Assembly: GCA_040285855.1 (NCBI GenBank)
Contig: JAUFOQ010000004.1
Coordinates: 2,356,001 to 2,420,000, forward strand
DNA from: Eukaryota sp. GEM-RC1
Taxonomy: Eukaryota
DNA: 64,000 nt
Direction of reading: 5' to 3'
In this document: positions 38,101 through 51,754 of the stretch, one piece after another
Layout of the letters: each line of letters starts with the position of its first letter
Numbering within the stretch: the stretch's first letter is position 1
Program-made: the position numbers and the translations under genes
Notes under the pieces: model-generated
Databases searched by the model: none
Told to the model about the DNA's origin: nothing
The model's input: only the letters and a program-made list of their open reading frames with translations

Positions 38101-41100
38101 TTTCTTCAGTCACGTGACTTTTGATGACGTGTCAGTTTCAGAATTCCAGTCTTCTGGTGGATCAATTACTTGTCATTCTGATGTTTTGATGAGAAATGAT
38201 GCTACATTCTCTTCTACTTCATTTTATCCTACTTTGGATGTCATTCTTTCAGATTCGGATGTAATTTTGAACCAAGATTTTAAATTATTAAATTTTCAAA
38301 TTTTAAGTGGTTCTGGAGTCATCTTTGATACCACTTCACACTCAGGTAAAATCTTACCTTTACCTTTAATTGTGTTTGAGAGCAACCTTGTTCTTTCACT
38401 TTCTTCTACTGTTACTATTCAAATTGTTGACACCAATACTTTTACTAAGATCATTGTTGGTTCAACTGTTTATCTAGATGGAACTTTGGAAGTAGACTTT
38501 GATCCTTTCAAGTATTGGAGTGGTCATGAGTTTCTACTAGTAGGTTCTTCTAATCTTATTGGGGAATTTGCTTCAGTTAATAGTACGTGTTCTTCAATTT
38601 TTAAAATTCTTCACACTTCAACCTCAGTTGTAGGATCATTTGATGAGTATATTGCTCATTTAAATGAAGTCTCCTATATATCTACTACTGGTATTGATGA
38701 TCCTTGTTGTGGATCTTTTAACAGTCCTTGTGCTTCTTTTAAAGGAGTTTTAGACAGAATGGGAAGAAAAGGGAAAGTTTATTTCCATGAAGGAAGTTAC
38801 TCTTTTAATCAAGGATTGGGGAAGGTAAGTTGTGTTGATTGGGAAGTCAAAAGTATTGGTCTAGGTGACGTGATGATTGAAGGAATGGGGAGACTTTATT
38901 TGAACTTTTGCATTCAAAAATCTTTATTTCAAATATTGTTTTTAACTGTCAGTCTGATATTTGTTTTTCTCTTACTAACTCTACTTTTCACATAGTTCTT
39001 TCCGATATCCTTCACGAAGCCGGTATTTCTATGTTTCTTACTGACTCTTCTGCAGTTACTATAGCTAGTTGTTATCTCGAGTCAAATGCATCTAATATCT
39101 TGAAATCTATTGATTCTAACTTAGTCCTACTGCAAGTGCATGTTACTGGATTCGTTCAGGATTCCCTTATCAATTTAGAGAATTCATATATTCAAATATT
39201 TCGGAGTCACTTTTTAAATATAGAGTCTTTTAATTTATTTGAGTTGAAACAGTCTGATATTCGATTAGTGGACTCTCTTTGTTCAAACTCGAACTTTTAT
39301 AATACTCTTTTGATCTTTTTCAGAGTAGAATCACTGGATATCAGCTTGATCTTGACTTCGTTACTACTAACATTATTTACCAAATTAAATCAATGTTGTT
39401 TGAACTCAACAATTTTTCTTTTCTAACAGGCATTAGCTTCAACCAATTGTTATTATCCGAAAGTTCTGAAGTAATTGTAACTGATCTCTTTTTAGTCGAT
39501 CTGTATTCTACAAACTCTGTCATTTACGTTTCCAATTCCAACTTACTTCTGCAAAACAATCTATTCCAATCAATCACTTGTCAGTCACTAATTGAATCAG
39601 TAAATAGTCTAATTGAGTTGAATGAAGTTACTATTTCTAATGTAACTTGTAACACGTGTTTTGATTTATTTGCTAATAACGCATTTGTTCAGTTCATGGA
39701 TGTTTTCAGTACATCTGGAGACCTCTTCAAATTGTCTGAAGTTGAACTTATTGATTTGGATATTTTAAATATTTATGATTCTCATTTGGATACTGTCATT
39801 CTTGCTACGAATGTATATTTTGAAATCAAAAATGTTTCAGTTTCCGACTCTGACATGAGACATTTTTTCAATGCGAAGAATCTTTTGGTTCATGCCACAG
39901 TTTTGACTTCAACAATTTAACACTCATTGATGTATTTACTCTAATTGATGTAGATGTATCATTCTTCAATTTTCTTTTGTCTAACACGTCAGCAACACGT
40001 GTCTATCACGTTTCCAATTCTAAACTTGGAATTACTGACTCTTTGTTGAATGACTTGATGATTTATGATTCTTTCCTCTTTTCGTCTGATTGTGATGTTA
40101 TTATTGATTCATTCTATTGTGAAAATTCAAACTTTGAAAATTCAGTTGGATTATTTCAGATATCTGATGGGTCTATTAATATTACAAATTTTATCGTTTC
40201 TCATTCGACTGGGTCTGTATTTCTGTTAAACAATGTAGAATCTTCACTTTTTGTTGAGGTACATTTGTCTAATATACATTCTGGAACTGTTTTCCACTTT
40301 GTTCAATCAAATATTTCAATTTCAAATATCTCACTATTTTCTTCTTCCGTCAACACTGTATTTAAAACAGATAATTCAAACTTATTGGTTGATGGTTTCT
40401 CTTCCACTGATTTAAAAAGTTCATCCGTTTTTGATGGAACATCTTCAGTATTTGACCTTCATGACGTCATCATTTCTAATCTGACTACATCACTTGTGTT
40501 TGATGTTTTTGACATAACACTGATAATCAATTATTTTAAAATTTCAGATTCAGTTTTGACTTCAGGGTTTTTGGTTTCTGCTTCTAGTAATTCATCTTTT
40601 ATGTCAGTGAACTTTGAGCTAATTAATAAGAAATTAGGTAAATCAAATGAATTTGTTCAACTTTATTTATTCGACTTAATTGGAGGATCGCTTCTTTTAG
40701 GAAACTCTACTTTTGAACAAATTTACGGTAATATGTTCTTTTGGAATCGACAGATGTATCTTTCAAATCAGTTCATTTTTCAACTTTGTTGGGATTTACA
40801 CTATTTAAAGCTTTTGATTCGAGTTTTGATTCTTCTTCAGTTGTTCTAACTCACTGCCATTCTGACTTATTTTTGTCATGTTTACTTTGCAATGGATCTA
40901 TGGTTAACTTAGTAATTGAAAACTCTAATTTTACTTCACTATTCAATTTAGACTCTGTATTTATGAGTTTTAATTATACTTTAATTTCTGGAGTGAATAC
41001 TTCCAGTGTTTTTGGAATTTATAATAGTAACGTTACTATACATCGTTTTGAACAAAACCAATCAAATCTTTTGAGGTACTTTAGAGAGAGATGTTTATTC

Positions 41101-44100
41101 GGCACCCAATAAGGTAACCTTTCTACAAACTATGAAATTGTAAAAACAAGGTACTTTATGTTTTCTGAATTTAGCTTAATACGGTTAAGTTCAATTTCTC
41201 TTGATGGTTTACGTGATCTTTTTGACCCTTTGTTTATCTTCAGTCATTCGGAATTGACAGTCAATAATCTCTTTTTGTCTAATATTCAATGTTTTGTGTT
41301 CTCTTTTAATTCTTCATTAGCCAGCATTACCGAAATTACACTGCAAAATTCAAGTATTTCCACAGCTGTTTTTCTCTATTATTCTGACTTGGTTATTACT
41401 AACAGCTTATTTCTTTCTATTGAAGCTCATATATTTGCTATTGTTGAGCAGAATTCTGTCATGATCACCGAACATTCTAAATTTTCTTCAATGAATGCAA
41501 ATTTTCTATTTACTGTCGCTGATGCAACACTGTCAATTCAATCAATGTGTTTCAAAAATATCAGTTTACATTCCTTTTTAATCTTAAACACATCTTCAAC
41601 TTCTTTGTTGAACAATTCCTTTATTGAATTTGAGTCGTCTCAATCATTAATCAACGCGTGGAAGTCTAATGTTACAATTAATTTGATTGCGTTGAACAAA
41701 GTAGAGTTTGGAAATTTTGCTGTTTTGAACAGATCCGATTTCAAACTGGACAATTCTTGTTTAGATTTTACAGTCATGTCACTACAATCATTTTTGATTG
41801 GTCATGAAAGTACAGTTCTTCTCAGAAATTCAACGTTTAATGGAATTTCTTCATTCCGAAATGATCCATTGATTAACTTAAGTAATTCTATATTTAATGG
41901 TGATTATCTATCTTTTAAAGTACTAAATTGCTCTCTTTTTAAATTTGTTTCAACTATTGTTCACCTTTTAAATTGCTCATTTGGTTTTATTAATTCCTCT
42001 TATATTGCGAAATTTGTTGATTCTTATTTGACCTTAAGTTCATCTCTATTTTCCAACGTAGTAATCGGTACTGACTTACCAATGATTTCCTTTGTTAATT
42101 CTTCTTCTACCATTAGTAATGTTATGTTTACTTCTCTTACAGCTTCATCTCTTTTTGAGGGAAACTCTACTGATGTTGTATTCAATTTGTCCACATTTTT
42201 GATACTAATTCACATTTTCTTTTTCTTTTTGATTCTAGTTCTTGTTTAATTGAGAATACCATCATGTCAAATTCTCTATGTGTGATTACATTCTTATTCG
42301 ACAACTGTAAGTTCAATATTAGTAACACTGATGTAAGTAACATAACTACTGAATCGTTTTTGATTTTAAATGATTCAACTCTTCATGTCAGTAATTTTTC
42401 AGTTCAAAACACTACAACAGAGAATGTTTTCTTTAAATTTCTGAGTACAGAAGGGACATTTCAAAACTTGACTGTTTATCATTCACAAATATTTAATTTA
42501 TTTGAAATTACAGAGTCACCTATTGTGATCTTTTCCATTGATTTTGCTTCAACTAATACTTTGACTACCTTTCTATTTAAAATCTTATCCAGTACTGTGA
42601 ATCTGCATGATATTAATGTAAACAAATCATCTGTTCACAACTTTTCTTTATTTAAAATAGTTAATTCTAATATAACTGTCTCGCAGTTAACTGTGAATCA
42701 TTTAACTTCTTCTCTTTTAAGTTCTAATTCTTCGTTTATTGTTTTTACTGACTTGATTGTTTCCAATTCCATTGCTGATTGTCTTGTTTTAATGGATTCT
42801 TCAAAGGCAAGTTTCTCTAATATTTGGATTTCAAATATTTCTTCAGATTCTGATAATTTTCAAATTTTGGCAACTGCTTCAAGTATTATAATCGATCACT
42901 TAGATCTTGATTATTTTAAAAGCTCAAATTTCCTGTTATTATCCGATTCTTCATGTTTACTTTCCAATTCCAAGTTTAATCAAATCAATTCTAGTGCAAG
43001 TTTTGTTCGGTTAGTGAGCTCTACAATTCATCTTGAAAACGTGACTATATTAAATGCTGACGTGATTTATCTCATCAAGTTAAATCTATCCTATTTGTTT
43101 TGCCATAATGTTGCATTGTCGAAGTCACTTTTTGGCCATATTGTTGTTTCCCAAGATTCCAATATATCTTTATCTGAGATTATTACTCAAACATCTGATA
43201 TTTTGGAGTCTTTTTCGGTTTTAAATAATTCGTTTATGAATGCTTCTTCGTTAAGTTTTGTTCAAAGCAAACTTGCCTCTATTTGTGTTGGATATGAAAG
43301 TGTAATAATACTTGACTTTTTGCAATCACTAAATGCTTCCATGGTCATTCCACCAGAGTCTTCTTTATTTTACTTTTCCAGAGCCACGCTTTCACTATCT
43401 AACTTCTATGCTAACGTTGTAAATTTACCACTGATTAATGCTACTGATAGTATCATTTCATGTACTCAAATTCAAATTTCTTCTATTTCATGTAATATTC
43501 TGTTTTATCTGGATTCTTCTAGTTTTAGTTTGCTTGATTCTGCATTTTACAACTTGTCAAAACGATTCATTTATTCCTTCACCAGTGACTCAATTCTTCA
43601 AGATATTGCTGTTATATCTAGTCTGAATGACACTTTTAATCAATCAGGTGACGAGATTCTTAATTTTAATGATCATCTGATTGACATACAGTTTTCAAAT
43701 TTTACTTCTACTGGGCTTTTCGTCTGTAAAGTTAAATGTGATTGTTTATTACATTCTTCTAATTCTCGAATAATACTTGACGATATTAGGCTTTCTGATT
43801 TGGTTTTAAATTCGGCTATTTCTTGTACTAACACTGATCTTCAGTCAAATAATTTAATATTTGAAAATTTATCACTAAATAGTACATTTATAATCATGCG
43901 TGACTCAACAAGTTCTCTAAATTATTCGTCTGTTCATAATATTGAATCATTGAAACTTTTTGAAATATTGAGATCTTCTCTTAATATATCTCATTTCACA
44001 GTCACAAATTTTGACTTCATTTTCTTATTGCAATCAATTAATTCCAATGTTGTTTTTGAATTTGTTTCTATTGATGAATGTAAATCTGACTTGGTGTCTG

Positions 44101-47100
44101 AAATTGAAAATGATTCATATTTTACGGTAATTGAATCAACAATTGTTTTGAATAATTTTGAATTTGTTGGATGCATTTCTCAGTCATTTTTTAAATCTGG
44201 TCTATATCTCACCAATTCTTCATTTATTTTGAGAAATTCTTCTCAAGTCTTGTTTTTGTCTACATTAATTGTTGAATGTTCTTCGTTGTCATTCTTCTCT
44301 GGTTATCCGATTATTTCAAAATTTGTTTTAATTGATCAACAAACTGAATTTCTTGGAACAGATTCATTGTTGGATCTTTCTGAATTATCTTCAAATATTT
44401 CAATTTCTCCATCAAAACACTGCTGTAACACGTCTTTCTGTCAGGTTTCGTTACAATTAGATGATATTGTTGTATTGGAGAATCTAATGTCGATTTCTGT
44501 CAAACAAAGTCAAAGTTTCCAGTACTTCTATCATTTAGATTCTCTAAGTCTAGTTCTTGAACATTCTAAATCCTTCAATTATTCTGCTCCTTCAATTCTT
44601 TTTAATTTTGTTATTGATCAAATGGCGTTTTCCTACCTATTATTCATTCCTATTTGTCCTATTGAGTTTGTTAGTCTAGAACCTCCAACTAGAAGTGGAT
44701 TAGTACCACTTTTGCTTTTAATCTTGGGTTAGATCCTATTGTTATTCATTATTCAACGGCTTCAATCAATCAAAGTCTTGAGTATTCTTCAAGTCATCAT
44801 GAAATTTTAAATATTTTCTTTTTGAGGGTCTTGGATGTCATGAAATGATTATATCAAGATCAACTGCTTCTTTACAAACATTGTTTAATTATTGTTTTAA
44901 AAAGCCTATCATTACTACAGTTTCACCTTATCCATTCTTTTTAAAGGGACAACTTATAATCATTGGCCAAGATCTCTCAAAAGTTTTGACTATTCATCAA
45001 TAATTAATGGAATCAATTCAACTTTTGTGATGTTACATTCTCATGAAGAAATTGTTCACTACATTCCCTATGTTTGTTCTGTTGAAAGCAACATTTTCAA
45101 TGTTTTTTAATTATTGGAAATCAAAGTAGTAACATTTTTCAACTTCATTTATCAGCTCCAAGACATGATTTTTTCCCCTTAATACTTTCCCCTTCTGGAA
45201 ATATTTTGAGATTATTTGGAGCAAGTTTTGGTAAAATGTTTGAGTGTTTTGCCAATTCTAGTATTCAAATATCTGGACACTCATCTCAATTAGAAGCAGT
45301 AACAAGAGATGAACTTTTGATTTTTACTGGCAATTTAGTTGGTCTTGAGCAGTTTATTACTCAAATTGAATTCACTACTGACATTTCTATTCTTTTATCA
45401 GTACCAATTACTACATTAGAAGCTTTCAATACTTCATTTGTTTGTTTTGTTAACCATCATTGTGAAATTGAAGTTTATAGTCTACATGGTGACGTTTCGA
45501 TGGACATATTCCAAATTACTTCAAAAATTCCAAATTTTATTGAAATATTGGATTTTCAACCTTCGCATTCTCTTGCTTATATCAAATTTATTTCAAATTT
45601 ACCTGGATATCCTGGTGATTTGGAATTATGTAATGAATCAGGGTGTTATCCTATCTTTAATTTACCTTTTGTTGTTTCCCCCACTTCTATATTTCCTCAA
45701 TTTATTCAGTGGTTCGGATCATCAGTTTTTCAAGAAATTTCTCTAAATATTGAAGGAATTCAATTTTATGAGTTTACTACTGTTGAAAGAAGTTTTGCCT
45801 TTCAATGCATTCATCATTTACTTGCAGTACCTGATGACGTCATCAGGTAGATGTTATTTCTATCGGTTTGTTTTATGCTTTAGGAATAGATAAGTTTAAT
45901 GCAACATTTGACTTCAACTTGTCATTTGAAGTTGACAATTTTGTATTAATTCCACCACTTGTTCAATTTAATTCGCGAATAGAATTTATTCTGTTGAGAC
46001 AAATTTCAAATATTTTCATTTCGCATGGTGGTCAATCAATGCTGGTGAACTTGGGATCTAATGTAATTGAACTTTACGATTACCAACCCTATCTCTCACT
46101 ACTTCAATCATCGAAGTCAATCAATGTGAGCGTGATTACTGATTTGATGGACAATCAATTGCCTTCCTATTATGAAGTTGGTGTTTTACACTCATTAACG
46201 ATTGACTTCAATCATATTGATTATTTGATTACTGTGGAATGTTTGGCTAATTGTCAAATTTTAGACCAAAGTTCTTACAGTGGAACCCTTAACGTCACCT
46301 TCTTGAGTTTAAATCAAGGTGAGTCTTCTTTTGAATTTTTGTCGAATATTTAGAAACTTTATTTTCTTTTGAAATTGTCCGGCAAGTTGTTTTGCCACCC
46401 ACTATGTCGTTTACTTCTCCATTGATGTTTTCAACCATTGATGACGTGATTATTATGATTTCAGTTCTCTCACAGTGTTCATTATTTTCTCAATTTCTAC
46501 TCAATAATTCGATTGTAGTTTACGACCATGTTGACTTAACTTTTTCTGAATTTGATGTTTTCCCATACACATACTCATATTCCTTCAATATTTCATCATT
46601 TGGTTTTATTGTTGGTGAGAGTGATTTAGAATTAGCTTGGAAAAACATTGGGTTTCAACGTCAAATTATTGGAAATATTAAAATATTTAATACTGATTTA
46701 GTCAGCTCAGATCACGTCAGTGTTTATGAACATCGTGATATTCTAGCTGATTTCTCAGGAGTTCTTTTCTCTCAGTTTTACTGTGTAGTTAGTGGATATT
46801 CATTTACTGCATCAATCGCGTCATCATCATTAATTTGTAAAGATTTATATATTTCTACTTTTCAGAAAAATGTATTTGTCGATGTTTATTTTGAGACTTT
46901 GTTGGTAAACTCTTTCACTGTTAGTGGTGAAGCTTTTTTACAAGAGGTGTGCTTTTTACCTCAATCACATCATCCCTTGATTCAAAATTCCCTGTTTTTT
47001 GCAAACATTTCCAATAATTTAATATTTGATGGATCACGTTGCTGTAATGTTGACGTGTCTTTTTGTTCTGAATTTTTGACATTCAATGATGGTATTTTAA

Positions 47101-49350
47101 TTAAGTTTAATTTTACTTTTGATCTCTTTAAAATCATAATTACAACAAACTCTAGTTGCCAAGGTTCTGATTTTGACCTTCCGTTTTCTTTGATTGTCAG
47201 CAATCAATCAATTACTCCTAGTTTTTCATGTAAACAAATTCCCAGTGGTTTTTCTTTTGCTTTAATGTGTGAAATAGATGTTGTTATTCCGGCAATTTCT
47301 CAATTAATTCTAGTTTCTAAAAGTGATTTATTTCTTTTAGAGTTGGAATTTTATGGTTACGAATCAAATTCCTGTGTAACTCCAGTTGATATTAACAAAG
47401 GACTTACTGCTTTGGGAGAAGAAATAGAAGCAGAAATTCACTTACAAATGGACAATGAAAAGTATACTTCTTTTGAACAATTTAATAATGTGGTTTCCCG
47501 CTCTTCTAATTATGTTTCTGCTTCTCAACTCTCATATTCTTTGTTTCTAGTATCATCTAATTGTGTTCAGTCAATGGTTCCATTTACAATTACATTTACT
47601 CCTAGTAATCCTGTTAAATTGATTTTTGTTGAGAATTATATTGAAATTGATTGGAGTTCTTTAAATATTTCTATTCCAATTTTCTGTGTCGATTCAATTG
47701 GATTTATTGTTGAGTGCACTGGTAATTTATCAGTACTGAATTCTTCATTTAATTATACTTCTTTTGAATTATCTGCGAGTAGTTTGTCGTTCTCAATCCT
47801 ATCTAGTTTCAGTTACTCTAACCATTATGTCGAATTAGAGTTCAATGAACAATATTTCAAAACCAATATTTCTGTTGTTCAAAAGTTTGCAGAAATTTTA
47901 GTTGTAGAATCATCATTTATATTTGATTATTCTGAAGATATGTTGTTTGACAAATCTTGTACGGTTCTCAGACTTTTCGTTTCCTTAATCACTCAACATC
48001 ATTTTTTAAATATTTCAGAAAGTAATGACATTTCTCAACTATCATTTGTGACAACTAATGACCAAGTGGTTTTAAGTGTGGTTAATGATGTTCTTGAAAT
48101 TATTAGTTATCCTCGTCAATCAGTTCTGATTACACTTTCCTATTTGTCTCAGTCAATAACACTCAACCTAATCACAAATGATTGCCGCCTTCCTAAATTG
48201 AATTCCCAACAGCGATGTTTATGCCCAAAAGGAATGGAATTTAATTTTTTTGGTGAATGTGTTGAATGTCCTTTAAATTATTATTCAAATTTAGAATTTA
48301 ATTCAGAATGTAGATCTTGTCCTTTTCCTAGAATTACTCTTCAAAAAGGTTCTAGTGATCTTGACCAATGTGTTTGTCCTTTAAAGACTTTAGATTCGAT
48401 AGATTCTTGTTTACCTTGTCCTCATTTAGCTGAATGTGGATATGGAAATTTGACTGGAATTCAATCTGGTTTTAGATTAAATACTGACACTTGGGAACTA
48501 GTTGAGTGTGTTTTTTGGTTCAATTGTCAAGAAAATTCTTGCAGATCACGTCATGCTTATGGAGATTTGTGTCAATACTGTACGGAAGATGCTGTATTCA
48601 GTAGAATATACTGTATTGGGAAAGAACATTTACTGATCAAGTTACTACTTCTATTTCTGTTAGTTGCCATAATCTTGATGACAGATATTTCAATGTCCAA
48701 ATTGCTGAATCTATACCGGAATTCACATTGTTTACTTCTTTCCGGATCTAAACGAACTCAAGTAATCAGATCAATGTCTCGTTTCATTAATTTATTATTT
48801 ACAATACCATTTACTGTTTCCATAGTCTTGTTTCAATCAGCTAGCTCTGTGATGGTATTTTTCGAATTTATTCATTCAATATTTAAATTCGACTCGGATT
48901 CATATTTTTCCTGGTGTTTTTCTTTCTGACGCTTTCTTTTATCTCAGCTAAAATTATATTTAAAAGACTAAAACATTTTAAATTTTGTCACAGTGCATTT
49001 TTAACAGCGTCATCCATGTTTTCAATTATTTTTATATTTGGAACTGTGTATCAACATTTGTATATTTCGTCTCAACCACTCATTTACTTTATATTTCTAA
49101 TTCTTCACTGTCTTTATGTTGTTGTTGTTTTATTTCTTCAACGACATACCTCGCATTTTGCTTCTCTACTTGTTTTCATTTTAATGATCACGTCATCCTT
49201 TTGCCGTTTTCATTACATTTAATAATTCAAACAATTTTATTGTTGGTCTTGAGCGTGAAGTCTGTATTTGTTGATCAATATGTATTTGCATTGTTGTCGT
49301 TTGTCAGTATTCGAAATGTATTTAGTTTAATAGAATTTCGCAGAGTCTAG
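32137..49350 (+). CDS. Giant (~5,700 aa) predicted cell-surface protein: signal peptide, RCC1 repeats, 3 LamG/concanavalin-like domains, long beta-helix-like S/N/F/I/L-rich region, Cys-rich ephrin-receptor-like (GCC2/3) repeat, C-terminal multi-TM region
   Basis: Chain of same-strand overlapping or adjacent ORFs; the junctions I inspected are single-base homopolymer shifts. Motifs: MVIGILLLCCVLG; WGDNGNGQLGLG, WGSNEFGRLGTG, AGWYHS; three W.HL+IT....+YIDG...F.G.IR repeats; GIDDPCCGSFNSPCAS; CLCPKG..CVECPLNYYS..CRSCP..T.QKGS..QCVC; hydrophobic helices after ~48640. Interrupted by a 75-nt insert at 41076-41150. Confidence 0.8.
41084..41148 (-). mobile_element. 65-bp extreme 3' end of family B retrotransposon with 10-bp TSD
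   Basis: Reverse complement matches 26394-26457 (tgtttttacaatttcatag...gccgaataaacatctctct) plus one extra C. TSD AGGTACTTTA at 41074-41083 and 41149-41158. The empty site is visible in the paralog at 19819-19828. Confidence 0.96.
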
Positions 49351-49419
49351 ATTTCATGTATTTATGCAAAATAATTTGAGTCTACAACTTTGTGAAAATT
49401 GATTTAAAAAACTTAGATA

Positions 49420-51040
49420 TCGAACGGAACAAAGAAAACATCAAACAGTTATGTCAAATTGATCAGTTAAATCTCTTATTCTGAGACTTACACATAGATC
49501 CAAAATCAGTTAAAAACTTAGAAACCATTTAACCAATACTACCAAAAATAGAAATAGCAAATGGAACAAATATAAATTTTGAATATATATTTTGATTGAG
49601 TTTAGCAACATCTTTGGAATACAAATCAATTTTACTTTTTTCAGCTGTTTCTAGGTGATTGAATCCTTTTGAATTTAAGCCATTAACATAAGTTAGAGCA
49701 CATGGATCTACTGTTGTAATATCAAGGATAATTTGACTAGAATCAACAAAAGGACCATGTAAGTCACCTCGACGAGAATTAGTTTTTAAATCAAGACCCA
49801 ACTTACTAAATAAAGGTTCAACTTTGACAGGAAATCCACGAGCTTTAAACATTTCAAATGTAACATCTCTGACAGCATTATGAAGAACTGAACAAAATTG
49901 AATAAATTTGGGGCAATTAATTACATGTCTAAAAGTTGCAATGCGACGATGACTACAAACACATTCAGAATTGTCCAGTAATTCTGCAGGAAACAAACCT
50001 ACTAGTAAACGCAATCGCATATTTAATTTCCAAGCCTCGTCAGACAAATGCAAACCTAAAGGACGTGGTTGTTGAGTGATCAAACAAGTTGAATTCTTAG
50101 TATCATTTAAGAAATGAGCAAAAACGGGATTATTAATTTTAGTAACACTAAAACGATTTTCACAATCCAGGTTTTCAAATGCATTCAAAAGCTTATTTTG
50201 AAGTTTGCCCACACATAGAGGGAGAGACAATGGAGATTTTTGAGGAATACTTGGTAAGTGAGAAGGAAAACAGCTGTTCCAAATATCGAAATCCAAATTG
50301 TCAATACCAGTAACTCAGACTAACCAACTTAGCCAAGGAGTAGAATGAATTCTTCATTCTACCAGTAAACGCACTTTTAGGTATGAAGCTCTTGAAAAGC
50401 CCACACCGCCAAAATTAGCCAATGAAAAAGCGTGTTAAGGCAATTTCGAGTCATTAACCTCTACAAGATCACTTAAGAACTTAGTTCTAAAAGAATTCAA
50501 TTTTCTGGCTAAATCAATAGTAAGTTCGGGATTGATTGAGCACAAAATGTGATTAATTTTATACGTAAAACACGTCGTCAAAGGGAAGAAGAAATAAGCT
50601 TACCAATTTTCAGCTCATCAATCTGTTTAAACTTCACTGAAATTTTTTCCAATGACTTATCCAACTTCAGACGAATTTGATCGCCATTACCAATGAAAGT
50701 ACCCCAAAATCTAATAGCATCGACACTAGAATTGGAAAAGGAATAGTATGCCCATCATAAAGGAACTCAAAAGGTGACGAACCGATCAGAAAACATTTTT
50801 CATAATTCAACTGAAGACCAATCTCATTAAAAAGCTCTATAAAAATCGGAAAAGCTAATAATAAATCATCAATAGATCCAACTAAAGAAGCATCATCAGC
50901 ATAAGCACACAAATTCAAAGAAGGCGATCCTCTGGGTCCATTTTTATTTTGTGTGGCTTTGCAGTCAATTTTTCGTAAGTTTCAAACGAAGTTGCCTTGT
51001 TTGACTCCACGTTGAGAAACCAGATTATCAGAATTATAAA
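49420..51040 (-). mobile_element. Family E CRE-like retrotransposon, decayed, with an internal micro-inversion
   Basis: CAYADD, CVCSH..HVINC, HNAVRD, RRGDLHGP..DITTVDPC, FVPFAISIFGSIG; stops and frameshifts present. Boundaries are approximate. Confidence 0.85.
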
Positions 51041-51754
51041 TATTCGAATTTTTGAATCAAATTTAAATTTTGAATCGATACTGAGACTACTGATGGTTGT
51101 GTCTTCTTCTTTTCATGTTGTTATCGATGTTTTTGTGTGTGAGAGAGTACACAAAGTTCTTTGACAAAGATTGTACATGCATTTCATTTCTATGAAGTTG
51201 CTGACAGTTTTCAACTCTTGACTTTTGCTAAGGTGCAGTGTTTGTCAAACTGTTAAAAAATATCTATGAGTTTACATATACAAGTTCGTTGTTAGGATTT
51301 CAACTTCTTTGATTCGCAAACATATGGTGTGACACACGTGGAACACACGGATCGTGCGATGTTTTTTGTATTAGAATGATTGTCCTTAATAACAGCCATA
51401 AGAACGACGATAGCAGCGGCATCAATAGTCGCATTATGTATCTGGAATATATTTTGAAATGTCAATTTGCAATTTAGAGGATTTTTTAAATATACAACTA
51501 AAAAGTTAAAAGGCTCAGGATAAAAACGCATACAACAAAAACGTCTAACGTAAACATACGGTGTGGCAATGTAGTGTCTATTGGAAAGTTTCTATTCAAT
51601 ATTGTGCTAAAGTACTTTGCTTTTGAAAAAACAACAGTATTTTGTGAACAATATGGAAACATTGTGTGTTCTCGTTCTGGAACTAACACCTCTTTTGACG
51701 TGTTTTGGGTACTTGCACAACTCAAAAGCTGATTGTAAGTGAAGAATTACGGTT

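Noticed and set aside
41110..41112. TAA reassigned to Gln (as in some diplomonads), which would let the insert be read through
   Set aside because: TAA ends the kinesin, TUG and VPS50 ORFs at sensible C-termini, and long ORFs contain no internal TAA/TAG.
51292..51725. piggyBac-like Cys-rich tail (CSTCVTPYVC)
   Set aside because: Too short and degenerate; no TTAA-bounded TIRs or catalytic motifs found.
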